A stretch of DNA of 64,000 bases from Lama glama (lineage: Eukaryota). The notes beneath the pieces are model-generated. The model was not told the DNA's origin. It did no database searches and saw only the letters and a list, made by a program, of their open reading frames with translations. Of this stretch, positions 25,063-35,946 are shown piece after piece (positions within the stretch are counted from its first letter, which is position 1; each line of letters starts with the position of its first letter). The position numbers and the translations under genes were made by a program. The stretch is from the NCBI GenBank assembly GCA_028534125.1, contig CM052817.1, positions 101,372,001-101,436,000 on the forward strand. Reading direction: 5' to 3'.

Positions 25063-25151
25063 ATCTATAATATCTATTGCAAGTGTTTCCCCAGTTATTG
25101 GCCTTTTAATTTGTGTCTTAATATGGAATCTTTAAAAATTACCTCTTTCAG

Positions 25152-25300
25152 CTGCTATGTCAGTAAAAGAAGTTCTTCAGAGCTTAGTCGATGATGGTAT
25201 GGTTGACTGTGAAAGAATTGGAACATCTAATTATTATTGGGCTTTTCCAAGTAAAGCTCTTCATGCCAGGAAACGTAAGTTGGAGGCTCTGGAATCTCAG
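25152..25300 (+). CDS. MND1: MND1 coding exon 4 ([50 protein letters not shown])
   Basis: Acceptor TACCTCTTTCAG, donor CAG|GTAGGC, 149 nt, phase 1/0; contains the hallmark winged-helix motif [12 protein letters not shown]. Confidence 0.97.
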
Positions 25301-25509
25301 GTAGGCCACCACAGTTAAAAATAATAGATTTGCTTTGTAAGAAAGAAATTTGTTTTGCTTAATCTTGTTTTCATTTAGTGGTTTCCGTTAAATTTTTAAC
25401 ATGCATTATTGGACTCAAAGTCTAAAGATAATCAACATCTCTTTTTCTCAGAGCACAAGGACCTTAGGATATTTTAACTTTCATCTTCTTACATGCCATG
25501 ATGTTGTTT

Positions 25510-26115
25510 TCTAGTATTTAAGTTCTTTATAGGTTTACAGAAAAATTGATCGGAAGATACAGAGAGTTCCAAAATACCACCCCTCTCTCCCCACCAAACA
25601 TAAAATTTCCCTTAATATTTACATCTTGTGTTAGTTTGGTACATTTGTTACAATTGATGGCCAATATTGATATCTTATTATTAACTAAAGTCCATAGTTT
25701 ACATTAGGGGTTCATTCTTTGTATTGTACATTCTGTGAGTTTTGACAAATGCATAGATGTCATGCATCTAACACTACAGTATCGTATAGGATAGTTTCAC
25801 TGCCCTAAAAATCTCTTGTGTTTCACTTATTTCTTCATCCTTCCCTCTCCCCTAACCCCTAGCAACTGCTGGTATTTTTACAGTCTCTAAAGTTATATTT
25901 TATCCAAAATATCATCTGGTTGGAATCATTATAGTTTACAGCTTTTTCTAAACAAGGAAGGTTGGCTTCTTTCACTTAGCAATATGCGTTTTAAGTCCCT
26001 CCATGTCTTTTGATGGCTCATTTCTTTTGATTGACGAATAATACTCCATTCCATTGTAAGTACCACAGCTTGTTTATTCTTTCAACTATAGAAGGAAATC
26101 TTGGTTATTTCCAAA
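25510..26115 (-). mobile_element. Old L1M (L1MC/MD-like) 3' fragment
   Basis: TAGGTTTACAGAAAAATTGA...AGAGTTCC...GGTACATTTGTTACAATTGATG...TTCACTGCCCTAAAAATC. Confidence 0.75.
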
Positions 26116-26216
26116 AACATAGTCCCAGATCCCATCACACTTAGTGAGCTGTTTTTCATCCTTTTATGGGACTGATGCCATGAATTATCATGTGGAACGT
26201 ACACATAATTACAGTA

Positions 26217-27041
26217 CAGGAGCCCCCCTTATTTGCAAGAGATATATTCCAAGATCCCCTGGTGGATGCCTGAAACTGGAACGTACTGAATCCTATTTAT
26301 GCTATGGTTTTTTACTGTATATATATACCTATGATAAAGTTTAACTTATAAATTAGGCACAGTAAGAGATTAATAACAGTAACTAGGAATAAAATAGAAT
26401 AGTTAATAACAGTGTGAATACGGTTTATCTCTCTCAAAATATCTTACTGTACAAATATAATGCCTTTTCCATCTTAACAAAGCACTCATCACGCACTGTG
26501 GCTATAACTTTTGCAGTTTGAGGTGCAATAGCAAAACTGGCATGAATTTCTTTTTCCTTCTTCACAATTTCATGGATAGCAGATTCATTCTTACCATAGA
26601 TTTTAGCAACCTCAGTGTATGATTTTTCTTTTTCCTTAGTAAGTTGAGAACTTTCACATTTTCACTTAAAGAAAACACTTTACAGCCTCTCTTTGGCATA
26701 TCCAAATTGCCAGCCTCACTACTCTTAGGCTTTGGGGCCATTATTAAGTAAAATAAGGGTCATTTGAGCACAGGCAGTGTGATACCATGACATTAACCCA
26801 GTAACCAGGATAGCTAAGAAGTGACTAAGGGGCAGAATATGCTGGACCAAAGGATGACTCATGTCCCGTGTGGACAGGGCAGGATGGTGCAGGATTTCAT
26901 CACGCTACTCAGAATGGCACACAATTTAAAACTTATGAATTGTTTATTTCTGGAATTTTCCATCTAATATTTTCAGACTGTGGTTGACCACAGGTAACTG
27001 AAACCGTGGGAACTGAAACCACAGATAAGAGGAGACTACTA
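26217..27041 (-). mobile_element. MER44/Tigger7-family DNA transposon
   Basis: Degenerate TIRs (left CAGGAGCCCCCTTAT, right reverse complement TAGTAGTCTCCTCTTAT), TA on both flanks, and minus-strand GGAAAATTCCAGAAATAAACAATTCATAAGTTTTAAATTG. Confidence 0.8.
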
Positions 27042-28049
27042 TATAGGCAGGAAATGAGACTTTAGGGAAAGGGGCTGTGGACTTGTTTGGGGGTGAGAGG
27101 AGGAAGAATCCTGATTGTCTGGAAGATAACAAGAACAGGAAAAGTGAATCAACAGAAGTAAAGTAAATTAATTTCTCTCTGGAAGTTATGTGAGATTGTG
27201 TTTCTTCACAGGGAAATCCTCCTGAAACACCACTTTTTTAAAAGATGCTCCTGGGTTTAAGAAGGTTCATGTTTATAGGAAGTCTTCTTTCAGTCAGTAT
27301 TCTTCATTACAAGCAGCACTAACTCTGGCTGATGTTAGCAGAAAAGGAATTTATTGAGAGATATAAGGTGGACTTGCAGAATCACTGGGAAGAGTGGACA
27401 CCCAGTTCTAAAAGTGGGCAGGAACTGAGGGAAGGTTTGCAGAAAGACCACAGCCGAACACACCGTGAAGCCTGTCTGGTGAGGATACTGTGCCTCAGAG
27501 CCCTGAACACCTCACCTAACTGTTGACATTGCTGACCTCAGAAGGTAACTCCACTGGCACTCCTGGCCCTGGCTGAAGAACCAGATATTGCTACCACCAA
27601 AATAAACAAAAAGCCACAGAGAAACCTCTTTCCCAGTTCCCAGTCACAGTTCTGGGAGGTACATGTGATTGGCCAAACCTGGTCGTGTGCCAGGGGAGCT
27701 GGTAAAGTAAATAATTAGGGTTTCTAGTTTCTATGGGGGAAAGGAGCTGCCTCCTTTTGGTGCCTGCAATTTCCCAAAATATGAAGGGGGGTTGGGTTCT
27801 GAGTAGCACTTCCTCTCCTCCCATGGTGGATATATACCCAGAAAATAAATCAAGAGAAAAATCTGGAAAGGAGCACAGAACTTGAAGTCAAAATAACAAC
27901 AGATTTTTTGAATACGTACTTTCCTCTGTGTGCCAGGTACTGTTCTAGGCACTTGGAATTCATTAGTGAACAAAGAATGGAAGCAGGAGACCAGGAAGTT
28001 ATCAGAAAAATCCAGCTATGAAGTAACAGTGGTTTGAATCAGGTCATAG

Positions 28050-28700
28050 CAGCCCACCTACCTGCCCTCAGCCCTAGACAACCACTAGTTTATGTTCTGT
28101 CTCTGTAGATTTCCTTGTACTGGACATTTCATATGAATGGAATCACATAATGTGTGTCTTTCATGACTTGCTTCTTTCATTTAGCAGGTTTTTAAAATTT
28201 GTCCATGTTGTAATATGTATCAGTACTTCATCCCTTTTATGGCCAAATAATATTCCATTCTACAGATATACTTCATTTTGTTTATCTGCACATCAGTTCC
28301 TAGCTATTTGTTTTTTTTCTACCTTTTGACTATTATGAATAATGCTATAAAATTTCACATACAAGTCTTTGGGTGGACATATGTTTTCATTTCTCTTAGG
28401 AATTTCTGGGTCATATGATAACATACTTAATTGATTGAAGAACTTCCAGAGTGTTTTCTAAAGTGGTTGTACCATTTTGCGTTCTTACCAGTAGTGTATG
28501 AGGGTTCCAGTTTCATCACATCCTTACCAAAACTTGCTAACTTTTTGATTCTAGCCATACTAGTGGGTATGAAGTGGTTGTATCTCATTATGGCTATGAG
28601 TATCATTTCCCTGGTGACTAATCATGAGCGTCTTTTCATGTGTTTACTGGCCACTTGTGTATTTTCTTTGGAGAAATGTCTAATCAGACCCTTTGCTCGT
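28050..28700 (-). mobile_element. Old L1M fragment (3' UTR / ORF2 end)
   Basis: GGACATTTCATATGAATGGAATCACATAA...GTTTTCTAAAGTGGTTGTACCATTTT...TCTTTGGAGAAATGTCT. Confidence 0.75.
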
Positions 28701-29019
28701 GACTCATCTCTTAAACATGATGCTACTTTTTTTTCCTGCTAGGAAACAACATGCATATTTATCACTCAGCAATGTTTTTTAAACTTAATTATGCAATTAA
28801 AAACTTTTTACAGGGTAATTTAGTTTTAGACCTTACTACATTTTCCTGTCTTCATAGATTTTGTTCTTACTTTTATCCCCTTTGAAAGTTCCCTTGTCTT
28901 TCCTTTCTGCTTAGCCAGTTCTAAACATCTCTCCTCAGGAACCTTCTCAAGCTCCTATAGCTTACCGTATTCTGGCCGTTCTCTAAACTTGAGTAATATT
29001 TTTGGTTTTACCATAAGTA

Positions 29020-30130
29020 AAATGTGTTCCTTTGGCAGATATGGCTGGTTGCCTATCTAATAAGCATTGCTACTTCCTTCATTACTAACAAAACACTGTG
29101 TTGACGTAGCTGCGTGTCCTGCTAAAAAAACGTTAATCTTCCCAGACTCCCTTGCACCCAAGGACAGCAATGGGAAACAGTTCTAATGAATGAGGTGTAA
29201 GTGGAAAACTGGCTTTGAAGTTTATGGGAAAGCATTCACTTTCCTGATGAAAGCAAAACCCTTTTGTCTTCTTTTCCATGATACGGACATGAGATCATAT
29301 TGTGACACCCCCAAGGTAACAAGCATTCGAATGAAGACATTCCCTAAGAATGGCAGGACCTGGATAAAAAAAGGCTTGGGTCTCTGGTGGCACTGAGACA
29401 CTGCACTAGCCTTGGACTCCCTTACCTCTGGAGTTCATATTACATAAGAAAATTAAGCCCCTGTTTAATCTAGTTTTGGTCAAAAACTCTCTTATCTGTA
29501 GCTGAGTGTATTCCAAATGGATAAAATTGCTTTGATGACTTTTTCTACATAAACGTGACTTAGATCTTATACTAGGAGTGTATTGCTGTGGAACAAAACT
29601 GTACTCTTAAACTTCATGGCTTAAAGAATCGAACATTTATATCTCACAATTTCTTTGGGTTAGGAATCCAGGCACAGTTTAGTTAGACTCCAAGTCTCAC
29701 ATGAGATTGTAGTGAAAACTGTTGGCCAGAGCTGCATTCTCATCAGAAGGCTCCTCTGAGAGAGGATTTTCTTCTGAACTCAATCATAATGGTTATTGGA
29801 TTTAGTTCCTTGCAGGCGATTGTGCTGAGGTCTTCAGTTCCTTGCAGGCTATCGGAGTGATGGCCATAATTTCTTGATAGCTTTTAGCCAGCTGTCTCCC
29901 GCGTTCCTTATATCATGACAGCTGCCTTCCCTCAGAGCAAATGCATGTGGAGAGGCCAAGACAGAAGCCACAGGTTTTTTTGTAACTTAATCTTGGAAAT
30001 GACATCACATCACCTTTGCCTCATTCTGTTCCCTAGAAACAAATCATTAAATTTAGTCCACACTTACACATGGGCATAAATACCAAGAGGCAAAGATCAT
30101 TGGGATCATCTTAGAAGATACTTATCACAA
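29020..30130. mobile_element. Two adjacent old LTR relics (ERVL/MaLR class; ~29020-29520 and ~29575-30130)
   Basis: CCCAGACTCCCTTGCA-type motif in the first; TATTGCTGTGGAACAAA...GGCTTAAA...ACATTTAT...TCTCACAATTTCT in the second. Confidence 0.55.
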
Positions 30131-30174
30131 ATTTTTCATTCTTTTAACTTTTCACATGTATAAAATCTCTTTGA

Positions 30175-31385
30175 TTATTTTTAAAAAGTAGCCTCACTGA
30201 GGAATAATTGGGTTACAAAAACTGCTCACATTTAAAGTTTATAAACTGACAAGTTTTGACATATGTATACCTCCAAGCAACCATCACCGCAATCAAGATA
30301 AGGAGCATACCTTTCACCCCTAAAAGTTTCTTCCTTCCTCTTTTTAATATCTGTCTCCTGCCCACCCCCCACGCACACAGACATGCTGCTTCCCCTGCCC
30401 ACTTCCCCCGGCAACACCGATTGGCTTTCTGTCATTAAACGTTAGTCTGCATTTCTTAAAATTTTATGTCAGTGGCATCATGCGGTATATACTCTTTTTC
30501 CTGGCTGCTTATACTCAGCATAATTAAAGTATATCCATTACTGCCATATATCCTACTCATTCGTTTTTATTGCTGAGTGGTGTTTCGCTGCATAGATATA
30601 CTAGAGTTGTTTGTTGATGGACATTGCAGGGTTTTGTTTACTTTAGTTTGAGGTTACTAGAAGTAAAGCTTTTAAGAATATTCGTATATAAATCTTTGTA
30701 TGGACATATGTCTTCATTTAAATTGGATAAATACCTAGGAATAGAATGGCTGGATCATTTGGTAGGTGTATTTTACTTTTCAAGAGACTGCCAGGCTGTT
30801 TCTCAAAGTGCTTATGCCATTTTACATTCCCACCAGCAGTGTATAAAAGTTCTGGTCCCTCCACATCCTCATCAGTACTTAGTATGATACCCATTCTAAT
30901 AAAATATGTAGTGATATCTTGTGATTTTAATTTTCGTTTCCCAAGGGCCTTAGAATGTTGAGCATCTTCGCAAGTGTTTGTCATCCATATATCATCATTG
31001 ATGAAGTATCTATACAAATCATTTGCCTTTATAAAAATTGACACGTTTATTTTTATTATTAAGTTTGGGCAGTTCTTTTGCATATTCTCGATACAAAATC
31101 CTTTATCAGATAAGTGCATTCCAAATGTTTTCTCCCTGAGGAGGGGCTTCAAGATGGAAGAATAAAAGGACATGGAGCTCACCCTCTGCCACAAATACAT
31201 CAAAAATACATCTACATGTGGAACAGTTCTCACAGAATACCTACCAAATGTTCTCCCAGTCTGTGGTTCGCCTTTTCATTTTCTTAACTGTCTTTAGAAG
31301 AGCTAAAGTTTTAAGTTTTAGGGAAGTCCAGTTTATCAGCTTGTTGCTTTATGACTGGTGTTTCTGGTGGTGTATCCTACCTTCC
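30175..31385 (-). mobile_element. Old L1M 3' fragment, interrupted at 31137-31243
   Basis: Minus ORF 30718-31233 carries L1 ORF2 C-terminal remnants (ELLYTAGGNVKW...DPAILFLGIYP). Confidence 0.8.
31137..31243 (+). mobile_element. Isolated L1 extreme 5'-end fragment flanked by a TSD
   Basis: GAGGGGCTTCAAGATGGAAGAATAAAAGGACATGGAGCTCACC resembles an L1 5' terminus with the YY1 core CAAGATGG; flanks CCAAATGTTTTCTCCC (31121-31136) and CCAAATGTTCTCCC (31244-31257). Confidence 0.7.
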
Positions 31386-33006
31386 TCCAGGCATTTATTC
31401 ATGCCTGAAATTAGGCATAATCAGGTGCTGATTAAGCATTTCTTTGTTGACTTTTTAATCCAGAGATAATCTGGCAAAATGTCACTTCATTTCTTTGCCT
31501 CCGGATTTAGCATAATCTTTACTTAGCAAATGGAGGAGTTCGGCAAACCTTAATAGAAGAAAGAGATTCTTGCTAGTACAGTGAATGTATTTTTAAAAAG
31601 TGAACTTAATATCATTACTTATTTATTGTGAATGATTGAGGAATAAGATGTTCTTATCAGTTACTGTCAATATACTCCTCTCCCTGCTGGTCTGAGAGTT
31701 GTCATCCAATGTATGTTGTGACACACCCCTGTCCCCCAGCCCCATTTACAAGCTGGAGGTCAAAGCTTACTCTCACACACTTACTCAGAAGTTAGAGTTC
31801 AAGTTAGAGGCCAGCACATAGGCAGTAGGTCCTATACCTTAGAACCTCTGTGGTTCTAAGCACCACAGAAGTAAATGACGAGTTAGATTTTGATATGTCA
31901 TTCATAAAAGATAGCCTTGGCATTTGCTATAAATAACTTCTTTAAAAGAAAAGAAAATACTTAGTATCATTTCACTGACATAAACTTACCTTATTTTTCA
32001 CTGAAATTTGAGAGGGAATGTCAGTATCATACTAAGTCCCTCAACCATGGTTCTGAAGATGACTTATTTCAGAGAGGCCATATGGCCTAATGGGAAGAGA
32101 AGCAGTTAGAAATTAAACATGGATTGAAATCACAGTTTCACGTTTTACTAGTTGGAGTGGGATGAAGTGAAAAGTGTTCTATGGCTAACTGCCTGAATGA
32201 GTGATAGAAACATGCTGCAAGAGATGGTGAGTTTTATATAAAGATAGCAGTCCCTCACTTACTGTCGAATTGAACCAGATTCCAAATCCAGGGTTGCACT
32301 GAGGATCAGTTTATTCAACATATTGCCGAAGTAAAATGTTAACTTCTTCGGAGTTTCTTGTTAATTACTTCCAGATTATACAGAGAGGGAGCTCTTAGTT
32401 GTATTTTTTTTTTTCCTCTCATTCTGTTACGCTTTGGTTCTGCCAGTGATTCCAATTATGTACAGGAATGTATTCGTCTCTTGAGAATAGACATTCTTGT
32501 AGTAAGTTTGAAAATTAAATCAGGAAACACATTTTTTTCTCTCATGCCTTTAGGTTATATGTGTTGATCATCATTAAAGACAGTCTAAAATCCTCATGGG
32601 TATAATTTCTGTTTCTCTGTAATATTTTATAAGATAGCAGATAAGCCATCAACTGTGTGGGGGTTGCATTAACTGCTTCTACAGATTTTCACTGTGTGCC
32701 TCCACTGTACACTGTGCTAAGTTCTTCGAGCAATATAAAAATCAAAATATGTGTTTCATGTCAAGGTAATTTATACTTTACTTGGTAAGGCAAGATAAAT
32801 ACCTGATATAGTTAATTAACTTTTTAGGAAAGAAAATCTGTATAGTTAAGGAAGACTTCTTAGAAATGGTTCTTTTGAGCTGACAGTTGACCAGATCTAG
32901 GTGGAGGGAGGCGATTGCCGAGGGAGATGGAGGGCACCGGGATGCTGTTGCTGATAATTGCAGCCACAATCTATTGAGCAGTTTGCCAGGTACAGTTTTA
33001 AGAGCT

Positions 33007-33317
33007 TGTCTTAGTCCATTCAGGGTTCTGTAACAATATCCTAGATTTGCTAGCTTATAAAGAGAAATTTATTTCTCAGGGTTCTGGAGGCTGCTCGGGT
33101 AAGAGCCCTTTCCTGGGTCACAGACTCCTTGTTGACTCCTCACATGTGGAAGGGGCTGGGTGTCTCTCTGCAGCCTTTTATAAGGCTTCAATCCCAGGCT
33201 CAAGGGCTCTACCCTCATGACTTAAGCACCTCACAGAAGCCCCCCCTACTAATACCTTTGGGGGTTAGGATTTCAATGTATGAATTCTGGAGGGACACAC
33301 ATATTCAGACCAGAGCA
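33007..33317 (-). mobile_element. MLT1A-like MaLR solo LTR inserted in a MIR
   Basis: TG...CA ends (TGTCTTAGTCCATTCAGG ... ATTCAGACCAGAGCA), 5-bp TSD GAGCT at 33002-33006 and 33318-33322; MIR core AGAGGTTAAATAACTTGCCCAAGG downstream. Confidence 0.85.
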
Positions 33318-34981
33318 GAGCTTCTGCGTGCTGTGTATTATTTGATTCTTAAAGCTGCATGAGGTAGCTATTGTTATGAACTCCCTTTTACGTGTGAGAC
33401 AACTGGAGACTCCAAGAGGTTAAATAACTTGCCCAAGGTGACAGTATTAGTGGTAAAGCATGATTCAAATCCAGGCATCCTGACTCTGTAGTCCTTGCTC
33501 ATAACCACACAACTTAAAAGCAAATTACATTTAGTGGATAGTTGGTCATTGACTTGGAAAGAATATGCAATTTTTCATTGTATAGAAATGGAGAAATAAG
33601 ATTGGACATTAGATTGAGGCCATATTATGGATTATCTTAGTGATTGGTTAGCTCTTACCATGTACACCAAGCAGGGGAAGTTGAAATTTTTCCTTCCAGA
33701 ATGTTATGGGTTTTTTTCTTGGTCTAATTGCTTAAAAATTAGATTATAAACTTAGAAAATAGTGTTGTTACTTTCTGGTATTAAGCAAAAAAGGTTTTCC
33801 CCTCTCTGTATATGAGTAAGATTTTATCATTAGTGTTGCTGAGAATAATTTAAGGTGTAGTAATTTATTTTTGCAAGGCTGAAATAAATATTTGGGTTGG
33901 GTGAAGAAGTAGTTGTTAACTAGCCTCTAAATATCTGTGACCCAGATGCATTCCTCAGGTTTTTTCAAGTAAATTAGTAACTTCATTGTATGCAAAGATG
34001 ATGAGTGTGGTAACATATGTTCAAGTCTGGTGGTCTTCTGAAATATATGTAAATATGTTACGGTATTTGGATGACAGCAGAAGCAGCCATTTTTGGTTCA
34101 ACGGAAAGTAGAAATGACCAGATCCTTTTCTCATGTCTTTGTTGTGCTTTTGTTATGAATTTTAATGTAACTTAAAATGTAATTATATTGTGGAAACTCC
34201 CAAGTGAAATGGCATTTTTCTGTGTCCTGAAGAATGTATAGAACTTTATTAAAGGTCAAGAGATGATTTTTATTTCTTGATAACAGTTTCAAGAATTTTG
34301 GCTGAAACTTGCTGATTTTCCCCAGCATGATAATAATTTCAGTGTGTGTATGAGAGAGACGAAGAGTCTGTCTGTCTCTCTGTGGTCTTTATGAATATTC
34401 TTTGTAAGGAAAAGCCACACAAAATGCGTTAAACCATTCTTCCAATCATCCTCTGGTTCTCATCTTTTTTTGCCCCTTCCAAATAGCTTGCCCTTCATAA
34501 TGAAGGAACAGTCTCAACTTCCAGGGAGTGACTCTGTCCATTTTACCTTGGCTAATACTGACGATGCAGGATGGTGTTCTGTAATGTGTGCAGACTAGGT
34601 GAGAGCAGCGTTGTAATTGTTATGCCTAATTCACATGGAGTCAGTCACCTGGCAGTGTGGGGAATAACTGGCCAATACTGATTTGAAATGCACACTTTTG
34701 GTTTTTTCCCAAAAAGAACAGCGCTTTCAGTATGCTTTTATTTTTGTGTTTGTGCCCTTTCCCTCCTTCCAGGACTCCCCATTCTGACTTGAATGTTTGT
34801 TTTCTTTACTGCTGTAGCATCCTGAGTCTAACTCCAGTCTTTCACGCTGTGCTACCGCTGTTACTGAACACGGTCTCTCAGTCAACCTGTACCCTCAGCA
34901 CCTGGCACAGCTCTTAGCGTATGACAGATATCTGACACACGAATGAGAATTAGGGGAAACAAAGGATGTGAAGTCAGTCTT

Positions 34982-35076
34982 TTTTTTTTTAACATCTTTA
35001 TTGTGGTATGATTCCTGTACAGTAAACTACACATATTTCAGGTGTATAATTTGATTAAGTTTGATAGATGTATATA
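34982..35076 (-). mobile_element. Very short L1 3' end with poly(T) and 11-bp TSD
   Basis: TSD AAGTCAGTCTT at 34971-34981 and 35077-35087; poly(T) then CTTTATTG. Confidence 0.75.
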
Positions 35077-35463
35077 AAGTCAGTCTTAATGATAACAATC
35101 CACTGATTCAGAGAATTTCATTAGTGCTGCAGCAAGTCTGTGTAGCAGTTTTTAACTTATGTTTTTAAAATTTTGTTAGAGGGTCGGAATGTAGAAATCA
35201 TACTCTTTCTTTTGTTTTCTTGCTCTGCTGAGATCTTCCATAGTTCTTCATCCGAGTTCTGGTTTGCAGGTCATTCATTTCTAGGGGAAGGTAGTTTAGG
35301 GGACAGATTTTCGAGGAGTCAGTTTATGATAAGTGTTACATTTTGAAATCTATACTGACTTGAATTTCAGGCTTGGTGTATGGGTTTTGGGAGACACTAA
35401 TAGATTCTCTGAGGATAATTCAATGATTCTTTTTTTTTTTTTACCAGTTTTTAAAAATGAGTA

Positions 35464-35946
35464 CACATCTTCTTCCACTTACAGTGGGGTTACATCCGGT
35501 AACCCCATGGTAAGTTGAAAATACTGTAAGTCAGAAATACATTTAATACACCTAAGCCACCGAACGTCATAGTTCAGCGTAGCCTTCCTTATAAGGGCTC
35601 TGAGCACTTATATTAGCCTATGGTTGGGCAAAGTCATCTGACACAAAGCCTGTTTTATAATAGCTCTTGTAATTTATTGACTACTGAAAGTGACAGAGTT
35701 GTTGCCTGGGTCCAGAGCAGTTGTGAGTGGATCCATCATTCCCCCTCATGACGGCGTGGCTGCCTGGGGGCTAAGGCTCACTGCTGCTGCCCAGTGTCAG
35801 GACAGAGGATCATACTGCATGTCAGCAGCCCAGAAAAGGTCTGAATTCCAAATTCCAAATACGGTTCTACCGAACAATTTTAATGCATAATTATAAAGTA
35901 AAAAAAAATCATTAGGTCAAACCACTGTAAGTCGGGAACCATCAGC
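35464..35946 (+). mobile_element. MER47/Tigger5-family DNA transposon
   Basis: ACTTACAGTGGGGTTACATCC...GTAAGTTGAAAATA...CATTTAATACACCTAA; right end GTAAGTCGGGAACCATC. Confidence 0.75.

Noticed and set aside
24847..25194. 115-aa ORF overlapping MND1 exon 4
   Set aside because: It is mostly antisense L1 3' UTR and overlaps exon 4 in a different frame; a chance ORF.
30718..31233. Longest ORF in the window (171 aa)
   Set aside because: It is a chimera of a decayed L1 ORF2 C-terminus and the inserted L1 5' fragment; no evidence of a gene.
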